A stretch of DNA of 64,000 nucleotides from Candidatus Abyssobacteria bacterium SURF_17. Its GTDB lineage: Bacteria; Abyssobacteria; SURF-5. The notes below the pieces were generated by a model. The model was given only the letters and a program-made list of their open reading frames with translations. It did not search any database and was not told the origin of the DNA. Below, in pieces: positions 47,807 to 58,307 of this stretch. The position numbers and the translations under genes are program-made. Within the stretch, counting starts at the first letter, position 1; every line of letters starts with the position of its first letter. The stretch covers positions 7,102 through 71,101 of the forward strand of contig QZKI01000121.1 in NCBI GenBank assembly GCA_003598055.1. Reading direction: 5' to 3'.

Positions 47807-49252
47807 TCATGGGCGCGAATCACCCATGGGAGATATATGCTCGTTTCCTCGGGCCTTGAACTGCTCTTTTATCAAACCATATTTCTTCATCCTTTCGTAA
47901 AGGGCTCTTCTCGATATTCCCAAAGCTCCGCTCGTGGCGCCTACCTCTCCGTGGTGCTCCCGGAGCGCGCTTTCAATCACCTGTCTTTCGGTCAGTTCCA
48001 TTGCATCGTGCAGCCTCCCCGGTGTGGCGGGCAACGATAGAAGGCGCTGGTCAACGAAGCTTTCATCCATCTCGAATGAACCGGTCACACCGCGGGAAGA
48101 GGTAATCACCATTCTCTCAATGGCGTTTTTCAACTCTCGAATGTTACCCGGCCACGAGTGCGTCATCATCTTGCCGAATGTCTCCTCAGGGAATCTGGGC
48201 ACCGGGATTCCGCTTCGGTTTGCGGCAGCTTTTGAGAAGTGGGACGCCAGGAGGGGAATATCCTCACGCCGCTCGCGAAGCGGCGGGATAACAATAGTGA
48301 GCACATTGATCCGGTGATAGAAATCTTCCCTGATTCGTCCTTGCTGCACGAGTTCTCTGAGGTTGACGTTCGTAGTTGCAACAACACGAACGTCCACGCT
48401 CCGCAATTCATCCTGACCGAGCGGCTGCACGAGTCCGTCTTCGATAACCCGAAGCAAATGCACTTGCGCTCGTTCGGAAAGGCTCTCGATTTCATCGAGC
48501 AGAAGCGTTCCGCCAGATGCCATGACAATCTTGCCGTCCCTCTTAAAGGTAGCTCCCGTAAATGCGCCGCGCGCATGGCCGAACAATTCGCTCTCAAGCA
48601 GGGTCTCTGACAAGGCTCCTGCATTTACCGGTACGAATGGGCCGTTCACACGCGCGCTCAGCGAGTGGATAGCGCGGGCCGCAAGTTCCTTTCCCACACC
48701 CGTTTCGCCCAATATCAACACCGGTGCGTCGGACCTCGCATATACCCTGATTTGTTCGTACACATCTTGCATGACCCTGCTTCTACCCACCATTCCGCAG
48801 AACTGGTCTTCGTCAAGGCACATCATGTCAAGCCGTCTGCGGAGCTCCTCGCTCTCATGGCGGAACTTTGTCAGTTCCACGGCGCGCCTGACACTCGCAA
48901 GGAGCACATCTTCCTCAAACGGTTTTTCGAGGAAATCATACGCGCCCGATTTCAAACATCGAACCGCCATCGGGATATCCCCGTGGCCGGTGAGCATGAT
49001 CACAGGCACCTGATAATTTCGTTTCTTTACCTCTGCCAAAAATTGCTCCCCGTCCATCCATGGCATCTTCACGTCCGCAATTACGCAGTGAGCGTCACAA
49101 AGCGGCACCCACTCAAGCGCCGCTATCGCCGATGGGAACTCCTCGACTCCGAACCCCCGCAAGCGAAGCATCTGCCCAATAGACTCCCGCGCTGCATCGT
49201 CATCATCTATGATGGCAATGTTTACTCGTACGGATGGCGTGACATCAGTCAT
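47807..49252 (-). CDS. Sigma54-dependent response regulator (NtrC/DctD family)
   Basis: REC (IIDDD, ADVKMP, EKP), GETGVGKE, GAFTGA, WPGNIREL, Fis-type HTH. Confidence 0.95.
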   Translation of the reverse strand: MTDVTPSVRVNIAIIDDDDAARESIGQMLRLRGFGVEEFPSAIAALEWVPLCDAHCVIADVKMPWMDGEQFLAEVKKRNYQVPVIMLTGHGDIPMAVRCLKSGAYDFLEKPFEEDVLLASVRRAVELTKFRHESEELRRRLDMMCLDEDQFCGMVGRSRVMQDVYEQIRVYARSDAPVLILGETGVGKELAARAIHSLSARVNGPFVPVNAGALSETLLESELFGHARGAFTGATFKRDGKIVMASGGTLLLDEIESLSERAQVHLLRVIEDGLVQPLGQDELRSVDVRVVATTNVNLRELVQQGRIREDFYHRINVLTIVIPPLRERREDIPLLASHFSKAAANRSGIPVPRFPEETFGKMMTHSWPGNIRELKNAIERMVITSSRGVTGSFEMDESFVDQRLLSLPATPGRLHDAMELTERQVIESALREHHGEVGATSGALGISRRALYERMKKYGLIKEQFKARGNEHISPMGDSRP

Positions 49253-50753
49253 TTTCCTCAACCTCGCCGATACCCACAGGATTCCGTGACGGCAGCATTA
49301 CTTTAAAAATGGAACCTACTCCAGGCGCGCCAATGGCCTCAATTTCACCCATGTGCTCCTTGATTATCGTTAGGGAGATGGACAGGCCTAGGCCGGTTCC
49401 GTCACCCGGCTGCTTGGTCGTGTAGAAAGGGGTAAATATCTTCTTTCCCTCCTCAGACGTAAAGCCTGTTCCTGTGTCCGTGATCTCGGCCACCACCGGC
49501 CTGCTGCCTGTGTTGAGGTACGTTTTGATTCCCAAGCGGCGCTCTGGCGTGTCTGCCATAGCCTGACTTGCATTCGCGAGAATATTGAGGAACACTTGCT
49601 CAAGCCTGATTTTGTCACCCATCACGAGTGGAAGATTATCTCCGAGCTCAAGCGCCACTTTGATTCCGTGCAGCCTGAATTGAGGAGCCATGAAGTCAAC
49701 GCTTTCTCGCAAAATACTGTTGATATCCAACAACGTGAACTGCCGGTCTGACTTGCGCGTGAGATGTCGAATCTGGTTTATGATTCTCGATGCGCGGTCA
49801 ACCTGGTCCGCGATACGGTGAAGGTTATCACGGATGTCCTCCGGAGTTCCCGCGTTCGTCTCAATCATATAACAGGTGTTCTTGGCAAAGTTCTTGACAG
49901 CCGTCAACGGCTGGTTGATTTCGTGTGCAATGGAAGCAGCCATTTCCCCCAGCTCTGCAAGCCGATGCGCATGTACCAGTTGCTCTTCCTGTCTGCGTGA
50001 AAGCTCGAGGAGTTCCTGGCGTTTTTCCTCGGCCTCCTTTCTATCGGTAATATCGTACACATTCACGAGGACAGCCGGCTCCCCCTCATACGACGTCATG
50101 GAACTGCCAAGATCAACCCAGATCTTTTCCCCATCCTTGCTCACAAACCGGCATTCATAGTGCGCATCGGATGCGGCCCGGTCCTTGCGTTCCGAAATCA
50201 GCTCGCCGCGCCTATTCCTGTCGGGCTCATGAATCAGCCTTGCGAAGGAGCTCTCCAACAATTCGTGGGGCTCATATCCAAGCATTTCACAGAATCGTCT
50301 GTTCACGAAGACGATCTTGCCCTGCCGATGGACGAAGATGCCCGCGAGTGATTTGTCGATGAGCAACTTATACTTTTCCTCTGACGCTCTGACCGCTCCT
50401 TGCGCTTTCATGACTCGCTCGCTCAGAAATCCTATGCACGAGGCCACCGTAAGAAAAAAGAGGGTGCGTGCAGCATCACTCCAGAGAGCGCCTTCTCCGG
50501 TGCCGGACAAGCGAAAGCCGAACGTCATCCCCGCCAGGAGCAGTGCAATCCCGATGCTCTTTTGTCCCCACCAAAGACCAGCCAACACAATGGGAATATA
50601 GGCAAAATGGGTATACACGATGGGAGTATGAAGGACAATGCGAAAATAGACTCCCAATCCGCCATACGCGACTAACAGCAAGACCATAACGCCTATGCGC
50701 ATGACTTCGCGACGACGTGTCTTGATGTCCTCATTCATAGTCTTCAACAGCAA
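49245..50753 (-). CDS. Membrane PAS sensor histidine kinase; start uncertain
   Basis: TM N-terminus, PAS (DITDRK), AHEINQPL, EQVFLNILANA, DTGTG, GTGLGL. Confidence 0.93.
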   Translation of the reverse strand: MLLKTMNEDIKTRRREVMRIGVMVLLLVAYGGLGVYFRIVLHTPIVYTHFAYIPIVLAGLWWGQKSIGIALLLAGMTFGFRLSGTGEGALWSDAARTLFFLTVASCIGFLSERVMKAQGAVRASEEKYKLLIDKSLAGIFVHRQGKIVFVNRRFCEMLGYEPHELLESSFARLIHEPDRNRRGELISERKDRAASDAHYECRFVSKDGEKIWVDLGSSMTSYEGEPAVLVNVYDITDRKEAEEKRQELLELSRRQEEQLVHAHRLAELGEMAASIAHEINQPLTAVKNFAKNTCYMIETNAGTPEDIRDNLHRIADQVDRASRIINQIRHLTRKSDRQFTLLDINSILRESVDFMAPQFRLHGIKVALELGDNLPLVMGDKIRLEQVFLNILANASQAMADTPERRLGIKTYLNTGSRPVVAEITDTGTGFTSEEGKKIFTPFYTTKQPGDGTGLGLSISLTIIKEHMGEIEAIGAPGVGSIFKVMLPSRNPVGIGEVEEND

Positions 50754-51412
50754 GCCGACATGAGTCAGCGGCTCCTATCATGAACGGGACTTACGGATAG
50801 TGCTGTGCGAAGGACGTGAAATGGCAGTCATTCTGCTGGAGACGAGGGCGTACTGTATGAAATTGAAAGTGGGCATCATCGAGCATTCTCATGGCTGAAC
50901 CCACTTCTTTCTTTTCTGCGGCGACTGTGTCTCCCTCGTTGCGGGATTACACGCGCGCTTCAGGCGAGAATCGGACCGGAGAACTCGCGTCTTCTCTTTG
51001 GAAACTGCGTGTCCTCCCCATTCTTATCTTCAAGGAGAAATTGTCTGTCGGCAAATTCTCCTTCTCGTAATCAAACTATATATCTATTCGGATGGTATAC
51101 TCAGAGCGAATAGGACTTCCTCAGCCAACCTAAACCTCGCTCATTTATTACATTATATACCCCTCAGGACTTTGTCAAGTGCCATACGGCTTCCACACTC
51201 ATTTCCTGAAAAACCCGCCCGGTATGATGTCCTGGTGTTCTTCCCACTTTCTTTGCACCAGATCAAAGAGAAACTCCATCCCGATGAGACCATATGCTTC
51301 TCTACCCCCCGCCGCCGACCGACTTGATGACAAGCATGTGCACTCTTGCCTTGAAGCATCTCCTATGCTGCTCATATTGCCAAAATGCACACAATGTGAT
51401 ACAATACTATAG

Positions 51413-51697
51413 ATGAAAACAATCAACTGGGATACGGAGAAAAGCCTGGCGCTCAAGGAATCAAGGGGAATCTGCTTCGAGGATGCGGTCTTCCATATGG
51501 AAAAAGGCGACATAGTGGATGACTATGAGCATCCCAACCAACAGAAATACGCCGGTCAGCGCATAATGGTCGTCGGCATTAACAATTATGCATATCTCGT
51601 CCCGTATGTCGAGACTGAGGATGAAGTGTTCCTGAAGACGATTATCCCCAGCAGGAAGGCAACGGAAAAATACTTTGGAGAAAAACATGAAAACTAG
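51413..51697 (+). CDS. Type II toxin, BrnT-like
   Basis: WDTEKS..LKESRGICFE, HPNQQKY.GQ, YLVPYVE, FLKTIIPSRKAT. Confidence 0.8.
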   Translation: MKTINWDTEKSLALKESRGICFEDAVFHMEKGDIVDDYEHPNQQKYAGQRIMVVGINNYAYLVPYVETEDEVFLKTIIPSRKATEKYFGEKHEN

Positions 51698-51965
51698 ACT
51701 GACAAAAGAGGAAAAGGAAATCCTTGAGAGTTTTGAGAAGGGCGAATGGGTTCCCACAAAGAACCTTCCGCGAAGAAAGAAGGAATTAATGCGCTATGCG
51801 CGGAATACCTTGAAAAAGGACAAGAGACTCAATATCCGGATTTCCGAACGAGACCTACTCGAACTGCAGAGAATGGCAGTCAGGGAAGGCCTGCCATACC
51901 AGACGTTTGTCTCCAGCATACTTCACAAGTTCGTCAACGGCACATTGGTCGAGGAAAAGGAATAA
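51687..51965 (+). CDS. Cognate antitoxin (RHH/CopG-like)
   Basis: EEKEILESFEKGEW, KDKRLNIRIS, EGLPYQT; overlaps toxin 3' end. Confidence 0.8.
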   Translation: MKTRLTKEEKEILESFEKGEWVPTKNLPRRKKELMRYARNTLKKDKRLNIRISERDLLELQRMAVREGLPYQTFVSSILHKFVNGTLVEEKE

Positions 51966-52168
51966 CGGACTGACAATCTGCCCCTCACGAAGCAGGCACC
52001 TCACCCCATCTGGTTACACTCCAGATTCATTATGATATTGTGCGCTCCGGCAGCTCCCGCCCGAAGTGCAGATTCTATGACAAACTCTGCACATTTTTCC
52101 GACGTAATATGAGTGCGATTTTCTGATAGAAGCTACACTTATTACTGCCCGTGGAAGAAAAGCTGTTC

Positions 52169-52197
52169 TTGACAGGGAAAACATGCGGGTATACTAT
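52169..52197 (+). promoter_or_regulatory. Sigma70 promoter for the second TA pair
   Basis: TTGACA-17 bp-TACTAT. Confidence 0.55.
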
Positions 52198-52270
52198 GTT
52201 TTTAGGCACACAGACCGACTCAGCCGCCATGGATGCGTCGTATGGGGAATGTGAGAAGAGGGGGCGACGA

Positions 52271-52486
52271 ATGAGCAAGGGTATAACTTTTGATGAAGTG
52301 CTCGACATGATTGACTCTTTGCCTGCTGAACAAAGAGAGTCACTCATTGAAATCGTGAAGAGTCGTCTGATAGAAGAGCGTAGGGACAGACTCGCAAAGA
52401 GCATTAAGAAGGCGAGACGCGAGTACAAGCACGGCAAAGCGAGTCGAGGAACGGTCGACGACCTTATGAACGAGCTTGCCAAATGA
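52271..52486 (+). CDS. Putative antitoxin
   Basis: TFDEVLDMIDSLP.EQRESL...GTVDDLMNEL; ATGA overlap with the toxin. Confidence 0.75.
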   Translation: MSKGITFDEVLDMIDSLPAEQRESLIEIVKSRLIEERRDRLAKSIKKARREYKHGKASRGTVDDLMNELAK

Positions 52487-52764
52487 GAACGCTCATATGG
52501 ACGAATACGTTTCTCCGGGCGCTTAAGAGAGTAGTGCGGAGACACCCAGAGAAGCGGCGGGATATCGAGGTCACTCTGAGATTCCTCCTGGCTAATCCAT
52601 TCGCTCCTCAGTTGGAGACGCATAAGCTTAAGGGCAAGCTATCTGGTTCGTGGGCATGCAGCGTGGGGCGCGACTTGCGAATAATCTTTGACTTTGTGAA
52701 AGATGAAAAAGGAAAGGAAGGCATCCTTTTACTGGAAATCGGCACGCATGAAGAGGTTTACTGA
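52483..52764 (+). CDS. RelE/YafQ-family mRNA interferase toxin
   Basis: LETHKLKGKLSGSWACSV..DLRIIF...IGTHEEVY. Confidence 0.88.
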   Translation: MRTLIWTNTFLRALKRVVRRHPEKRRDIEVTLRFLLANPFAPQLETHKLKGKLSGSWACSVGRDLRIIFDFVKDEKGKEGILLLEIGTHEEVY

Positions 52765-52816
52765 TGGTGAGAGATGATGTCTCCTTCATTTTTTGCTGAC
52801 AGACATTAGTACCCCA

Positions 52817-53851
52817 ATGACCAAATCTCAGTTCATCTGTATTTATTGCCTCAAGAGAGAACCAGAATTAATACCTTCCGAGGCGCACATTATCCCCGCT
52901 GCAATCGGAGGAACCCGGTACTCCAAAAAAATCGTTTGCAAGAATTGTAATGGTCTGACAAATCAAATGTTCGAAAATGCAGTCATTGAAAGATTTGCCT
53001 TCTTCCGGAGCATCTGGGGTATAAAGAGTCGAAAGAAGGACAGAGTGCCTCATGTTTCCACAAAACTGAAATTTGCTGACATCGAGGGGAAAGTTTCTAT
53101 AGATCAAAATGGTGAATTGACTGGCCCAATCGTGATGACGAATCTGGATACGAACGGGATTAAGGAATATCGAGTTATTGGTTTTGGAGAAAAAGGCAAG
53201 AAACAAGCCGAAATTAAACGTCAACAAATCTCCGCGAAACATCCCAATGTCGCTTGGGAAGAAGTTCATCATGCTGAGACTCCATTGATTCAGTTCGTAA
53301 TCGAGACTCCAGAAGTTGATGATATTATTTTGCGCAGATTGGCCGCTAAGGTTGCTTTCGAAAGTTGGGCCGAAAAAAGGGCATCATTGGTTGCCAGCGA
53401 TAGTCAGTATGCTCAGATTCGGGACTTTATTCTGACGGGCAACCATGATTTCTGTTCCGGTGTTTTGCCGGCACCTCCACCCCTCACCGGGCTTAGCGAT
53501 TTGCCTGTAGGCATCCATGCGGGCGGAATTGTACACAATGTGAGCTCCCCCATATTGGGAGCCTTTATCGTCTTCTTCGGTCTTTTCCACTATTGGGTCT
53601 TGATATCAACGAGCTATCAATCACTGCAATCTGATGATGAGTTCTGGATTGAGAATCCCCAGAAGGGATATTTCCCTGATTCCAAACTAAGATGCCAAGC
53701 CAGGCCCATCCTGATAGATTGGGGTCAGTATGTGCGGGCTTGGCGTAACGACCCACAGGGGATTCTAAAGAAAGCAGTCACCTATAATGAGGCAAAGTTC
53801 CAGGAAGCTTGGAGAGAAGCTTTGCAAGACGGGCGTGTGCTAAAACCCTGA
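52817..53851 (+). CDS. HNH endonuclease (HNH_5-like) with uncharacterised C-terminal domain
   Basis: CIYC...SEAHIIPAAIGG...VCKNCN; visibly more AT-rich than flanks. Confidence 0.8.
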   Translation: MTKSQFICIYCLKREPELIPSEAHIIPAAIGGTRYSKKIVCKNCNGLTNQMFENAVIERFAFFRSIWGIKSRKKDRVPHVSTKLKFADIEGKVSIDQNGELTGPIVMTNLDTNGIKEYRVIGFGEKGKKQAEIKRQQISAKHPNVAWEEVHHAETPLIQFVIETPEVDDIILRRLAAKVAFESWAEKRASLVASDSQYAQIRDFILTGNHDFCSGVLPAPPPLTGLSDLPVGIHAGGIVHNVSSPILGAFIVFFGLFHYWVLISTSYQSLQSDDEFWIENPQKGYFPDSKLRCQARPILIDWGQYVRAWRNDPQGILKKAVTYNEAKFQEAWREALQDGRVLKP

Positions 53852-54138
53852 AGCTTGGGTTCTTGAGTTGTCAGTTCAGAGAGTTCAACCGCAACGTATC
53901 TGAGTCGGGAATAAGTTCAGTCTTCTTGTCGATTCTGCACTTCAGCCATCTCCCGCAAAAGTCAAGAATTCGTTTTCAACTCTGCATATCCGGAGGTTGT
54001 TCCTGCGGCCGACAATGGAGTGTTCGCGAAATGGACGAATGTGTCTGTTCATCGTGAGGCGGGAGGCCGGCATTTCAGAATGAAGACAGGAGAAACGCTC
54101 GAAGAGAAGTGAGCCATCGGCTCTCTTTCTCTCCCCCA

Positions 54139-55275
54139 TCAAGCCAGCGTTTTTTTAAATCTTCGCGTTGCGAGCCAGAGGGTGATGAGTCCCATCACGG
54201 CGAGGGCGAGCATCTGCGGCCAGAGAACGGATGGCCCGACTCCCTTGAGGAAAATTCCTCGGATAATCACGAGGAAGTACCGCAGCGGATTAAGATAGGT
54301 GAACCACTGGATGATGACAGGCATGTTCCTGATGGGGAACATGAAGCCGGAGAGAAGCACCGCCGGAAAATAGAAGAAGAACGTGCTCATCATCGCCTGC
54401 TGTTGTGTATGACTGACGGTGGAAATGAGCAGGCCGACGCCGAGCGTGGTCATCAAGTACAGCGCGGTCGCGGCGAACAACAACGCCAGATTGCCGCGAA
54501 TGGGCACGCCGAACCAGAAAACTCCAATTACCGTGATGAGTATCACGTCCGCAAAGCCGATGAGGGCAAACGGAACGGTCTTTCCGAGAATGAACTCGCC
54601 CGATGTTATAGGCGTCACAATAATCTGCTCCATCGTCCCGATTTCCTTCTCTCGCACGACCGCCATGCTCGTGAGCATAAGCGTGATGAGCATGACAATG
54701 ATGGCGATGACGCCGGGCACGTAGAAGTTGCGGCTTTCGAGATTCTCGTTGAACCACGCCCGCGTCTCGAGCTCGACGCGCGCAGGCTCTTCATACATCC
54801 CCTTCAGCCGCGTGAGCCGTGTGATGAGCACTTTTTGAGAAAATTGCGAGGCGATTCGAGAGCTGTAGTCGAGCACGATTCCGGCAGTATTCGAATCGGT
54901 CCCATCAACAATCACCTGAAGCTGGGCCGTGCGCCCGGCGCGCAGGTCATCCTCGAATCCATAATTGATGCGCAGTACGGCGTTTACCTTGCCGCGGTCC
55001 ACGAGTTCGCGCGCGCGCCGTTCCTCGCCCACATATTCGACGATGTCGAAGTAGCCGGACTTGACGAATCGCGCCACAAGCTCACGGCTGGCGACGCTGT
55101 TATCGAGGTCATAGACTGCGGTGGCAACATGCTTGACGTCGGTTGTTACAGCGTATCCGAACACAAGCACCTGAATGATAGGCATCATGAAAATGACGCC
55201 TTTCATTTTGGGGTCGCGAAAGACCTGTATGAATTCTTTGATGAGCATGTGCTTGATTCGTTCAAACATGGTCAC
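54139..55275 (-). CDS. ABC transporter permease (YbhR-like)
   Basis: KEFIQVFRD, VDGTDSN, VVREKEIGTMEQ, LSGFMFPI. Confidence 0.93.
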   Translation of the reverse strand: MTMFERIKHMLIKEFIQVFRDPKMKGVIFMMPIIQVLVFGYAVTTDVKHVATAVYDLDNSVASRELVARFVKSGYFDIVEYVGEERRARELVDRGKVNAVLRINYGFEDDLRAGRTAQLQVIVDGTDSNTAGIVLDYSSRIASQFSQKVLITRLTRLKGMYEEPARVELETRAWFNENLESRNFYVPGVIAIIVMLITLMLTSMAVVREKEIGTMEQIIVTPITSGEFILGKTVPFALIGFADVILITVIGVFWFGVPIRGNLALLFAATALYLMTTLGVGLLISTVSHTQQQAMMSTFFFYFPAVLLSGFMFPIRNMPVIIQWFTYLNPLRYFLVIIRGIFLKGVGPSVLWPQMLALAVMGLITLWLATRRFKKTLA

Positions 55276-56405
55276 ACCAGCTTTTTCTTGAATGTGAGAT
55301 TTGCCAGCAACACCATGAAGATGCCGAACACGGTCAGCAACGCGGCTTCAAGTGCTAGAATCTCGAGGCCGACTCCTTTGAGATAGACGCCCTTGAGCAG
55401 CGTGACAAAATATCGTGCCGGTATCAGGTGCGTCATGACTTGAATCGGCCTTGGCATATTGCTGATGGCGTACATGAATCCCGACAGCAAGAATGACGGC
55501 AGGAACGTGAGCACCATCGCCAGCTGACTCGCCAGGAGCTGGCTCTTCGTCACGATGCTTATCACCATTCCGAGCGCCAAAGCCCCTACGAGGAAAATCG
55601 CCGCCAGCCCGAACAGAAGGGCGACATTTCCTCTGAGGGGGACATGAAACAGGAATTCCCCCATGAGCACTGCAATGAGCACATCCACCATGCCGATGAG
55701 GAAATATGGCAGAAGCTTGCCGAGAATGAGTTCGTGCCCCTTGACCGGCGTTGAGATAAGCTGCTCCATCGTGCCTCGCTCCCACTCGCGCGCGACGGTC
55801 AGCGAGGTGAGCAAAGCCGCAATCACCATCATGATGACCGCGATGAGTCCGGGGATAATGTAATTGCGCGATTCCATATCGGCGTTGAACCACGCGCGGG
55901 GCCGGAAATCGAGCGGCTCATTCAGCTCGAGTCCGCCGAGCCGCTGAATCTCGCGAAGCGCCACATTTTGGGAATACGTCGAGGCAATCACATTTGCATA
56001 ACCAATCGCGATGGTCGCCGTGTTCGAATCGCTTCCATCAACGATGAGCTGCACGGCGGCCACACGGTTGGAATCAACGTGCCCTGCAAAGTCGGGAGGA
56101 ATGATGAAAGCCATGAGCGCCTCACCGGAGTCAATGGCGCGTTCCACCTCGCGATAGTTGCGCACGTATCCCTTGAGCGAGAAGTAGGAGGAACCGCCGA
56201 AACCACTGATGAATTCGCGGCTGGCGTGCGATTCGTTCTGGTCCCAGATGACCATCGGCACGTTATCCACATCAAGTGTGAGCGCATAGCCGAACAACAC
56301 GAGCAGCAGCATAGGAATGGCAATTGCCATACCGAGGCTCCTCGGGTCGCGAAAGATGTGGATGAACTCTTTCCGGGAGACGGCCCAGACTCGCATCGGT
56401 TTCAT
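55272..56405 (-). CDS. ABC transporter permease (YbhS-like)
   Basis: KEFIHIFRDPRS, VDGSDSN, AREWERGTMEQL. Confidence 0.93.
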   Translation of the reverse strand: MKPMRVWAVSRKEFIHIFRDPRSLGMAIAIPMLLLVLFGYALTLDVDNVPMVIWDQNESHASREFISGFGGSSYFSLKGYVRNYREVERAIDSGEALMAFIIPPDFAGHVDSNRVAAVQLIVDGSDSNTATIAIGYANVIASTYSQNVALREIQRLGGLELNEPLDFRPRAWFNADMESRNYIIPGLIAVIMMVIAALLTSLTVAREWERGTMEQLISTPVKGHELILGKLLPYFLIGMVDVLIAVLMGEFLFHVPLRGNVALLFGLAAIFLVGALALGMVISIVTKSQLLASQLAMVLTFLPSFLLSGFMYAISNMPRPIQVMTHLIPARYFVTLLKGVYLKGVGLEILALEAALLTVFGIFMVLLANLTFKKKLV

Positions 56406-57376
56406 CGTTTCACCTCCTCTTGAGGCTGTTCGGCCCGGTCGCGCGCTTCGATAAGCGAGACAAACACGTCTTCGAGCGAAGGAACAATCCTTTCGATGCG
56501 CGTCGGCTTGTAGCCCTGTCTCTCGAGAAGGTCCCTCACCGCATGCGCGGCTTCATCTCCGTTTTCGGCAACGAGGTGCAGTCCTTTCCCGAACAAAGCG
56601 ATTTCTTTTATGCCTGCTACTTTCTCAATCTCGCCCATTGCGTCTTGAGGCCGCTCGCAGAGGACTTCGAGGACTTCATCCTTCATGAGTTCGGTCTTGA
56701 GCGTTTGCGGCGAGCCGACCGCAATCAGCTCGCCTCGGTAGATAAGACCTAACCGGTCGCAGTATTCGGCTTCGTCCATGTAGTGAGTTGTCACGAAGAC
56801 GGTCACGCCTTTGGCGGAAAGCTCATATATCAAATCCCAAAATTGTCTGCGGCTGATCGGGTCTACGCCCGAGGTCGGTTCGTCGAGAAATATGATTGGC
56901 GGCTCGTGCAAAATGGCGCACCCGAGTGAGAGCCGCTGCTTCCAGCCGCCCGAGAGCACGGCAGTGCGCGAGTGACGATGTTCCTCAAGCCCAGCCATCT
57001 CGATGACCCATTCTTTCCTTTCTTTCCGCTTCGCGGGTGGGATGCGATAGATGCCGCTGTAGAAATCGATATTCTCTTCCACGGTCAAGTCTTCATACAA
57101 CGAGAATTTCTGGCTCATGTATCCGATGTGTGCTTTTATGTTCTCCGCTTCGGTTCGGATGTCGAATCCAGCAACCGTGCCGGCGCCTCCGGTTGGGGAC
57201 AGGATGCCGCAGAGCATGCGGATGGTCGTTGATTTCCCCGCACCATTCGGCCCGAGAAATCCGAAAATCTCTCCTCTGGGAACATCGAACGTGACGCGGT
57301 TTACGGCCACGAAGCTGCCGAAACGTTTTTCGAGGTCTTTCACGACAACGGCCTTTTCGCTATTATTCTTTATCAT
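56402..57376 (-). CDS. ABC transporter ATP-binding protein (YbhF C-half-like)
   Basis: GPNGAGKS, LSGG, FLDEPTSGVDP; ATG 57376 after GGAGG. Confidence 0.93.
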   Translation of the reverse strand: MIKNNSEKAVVVKDLEKRFGSFVAVNRVTFDVPRGEIFGFLGPNGAGKSTTIRMLCGILSPTGGAGTVAGFDIRTEAENIKAHIGYMSQKFSLYEDLTVEENIDFYSGIYRIPPAKRKERKEWVIEMAGLEEHRHSRTAVLSGGWKQRLSLGCAILHEPPIIFLDEPTSGVDPISRRQFWDLIYELSAKGVTVFVTTHYMDEAEYCDRLGLIYRGELIAVGSPQTLKTELMKDEVLEVLCERPQDAMGEIEKVAGIKEIALFGKGLHLVAENGDEAAHAVRDLLERQGYKPTRIERIVPSLEDVFVSLIEARDRAEQPQEEVKR

Positions 57377-58307
57377 GGCGGCCTCCTTCCCCTTTTGCGG
57401 CGAGGACCGACACGAACACATCTTCGAGGCTGGCCTCGATGGGCTTAATTGCGGTGACGGAAATGCCTTCTTCGGCAAGAATCGTTTGCGCTCGCACTCC
57501 GGCTTCCTCGGGTTCTCGTGTGGCGACGTGGACACGGTCGCCAAAAAGACCGACAGACTCGGCCTCAAGCCGTTGACGAAGCAACGCCTGGGCAGCGCGC
57601 GGCTGAGATGCGCGCACCTCCAGTATTGTGCCGCTCATGAGTTTTTTCACCCCGTCCGGCGTATCGCAGGCCAGCAATGTGCCTTTATGAATGAGTCCGA
57701 CTCGGCTGCAGCGTTCGGCCTCGTCGAGATATGCCGTCGAAACGAAGATGGTGACCCCTTCGCGGACGAGCTGATAGAGAATGCGCCAGAAGTCGCGGCG
57801 CGAGACCGGGTCCACGCCATTGGTCGGCTCATCGAGGAACAGCACCTTCGGCGTGTGGATGAGTGCGCAGGCCAGGCCAAGTTTCTGCTTCATCCCACCG
57901 GAAAGATTTCCCGCGAGGCGCTTCTTGAACGGAGTCAGATTGCTGAAAGCAAGCAGTTTGTCAACTTTCTTTTCGCGACCCTTTCGCGGCACGCCGTAGA
58001 TGTCGCCATAGAAATCGATATTCTCGGAAACAGTGAGGTCCGGATACAGCCCAAACCTCTGGCTCATGTAGCCTATCTTTTCCTTGATGGCCTCGGCCTC
58101 TTTGACAATATGGTGGCCTGCAACCCAGGCGTCGCCTGATGACGGCTCCATAATCGAGGTCAACAGTCGCATGGTCGTGGTCTTGCCGGCTCCATCCGGA
58201 CCAACGAGCCCGAAGATTTCGCCTTCGGCGACCTCGAACGTGAGGCCGTCAACCGCGACCGTGCCGACAAAGCTCTTTGCAAGCGCCTGCGTCTCTATGG
58301 CATTCAT
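57363..58307 (-). CDS. ABC transporter ATP-binding protein (YbhF N-half-like)
   Basis: GPDGAGKT, LSGG, LDEPTNGVDP, STAYLDEAE. Confidence 0.93.
   Translation of the reverse strand: MNAIETQALAKSFVGTVAVDGLTFEVAEGEIFGLVGPDGAGKTTTMRLLTSIMEPSSGDAWVAGHHIVKEAEAIKEKIGYMSQRFGLYPDLTVSENIDFYGDIYGVPRKGREKKVDKLLAFSNLTPFKKRLAGNLSGGMKQKLGLACALIHTPKVLFLDEPTNGVDPVSRRDFWRILYQLVREGVTIFVSTAYLDEAERCSRVGLIHKGTLLACDTPDGVKKLMSGTILEVRASQPRAAQALLRQRLEAESVGLFGDRVHVATREPEEAGVRAQTILAEEGISVTAIKPIEASLEDVFVSVLAAKGEGGRHDKE

Noticed and set aside
50790-50892. Short His/Phe-rich ORF (MRMLDDAHFQFH...) upstream of the PAS kinase as a leader peptide
   Set aside because: No convincing RBS or attenuator structure
51400-53900. Integron cassette array or prophage
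   Set aside because: No integrase, attC-like repeats or phage genes seen
54109-58139. Long plus-strand ORFs (425 aa and 340 aa)
   Set aside because: Antisense shadows of the ABC permease and ATPase genes
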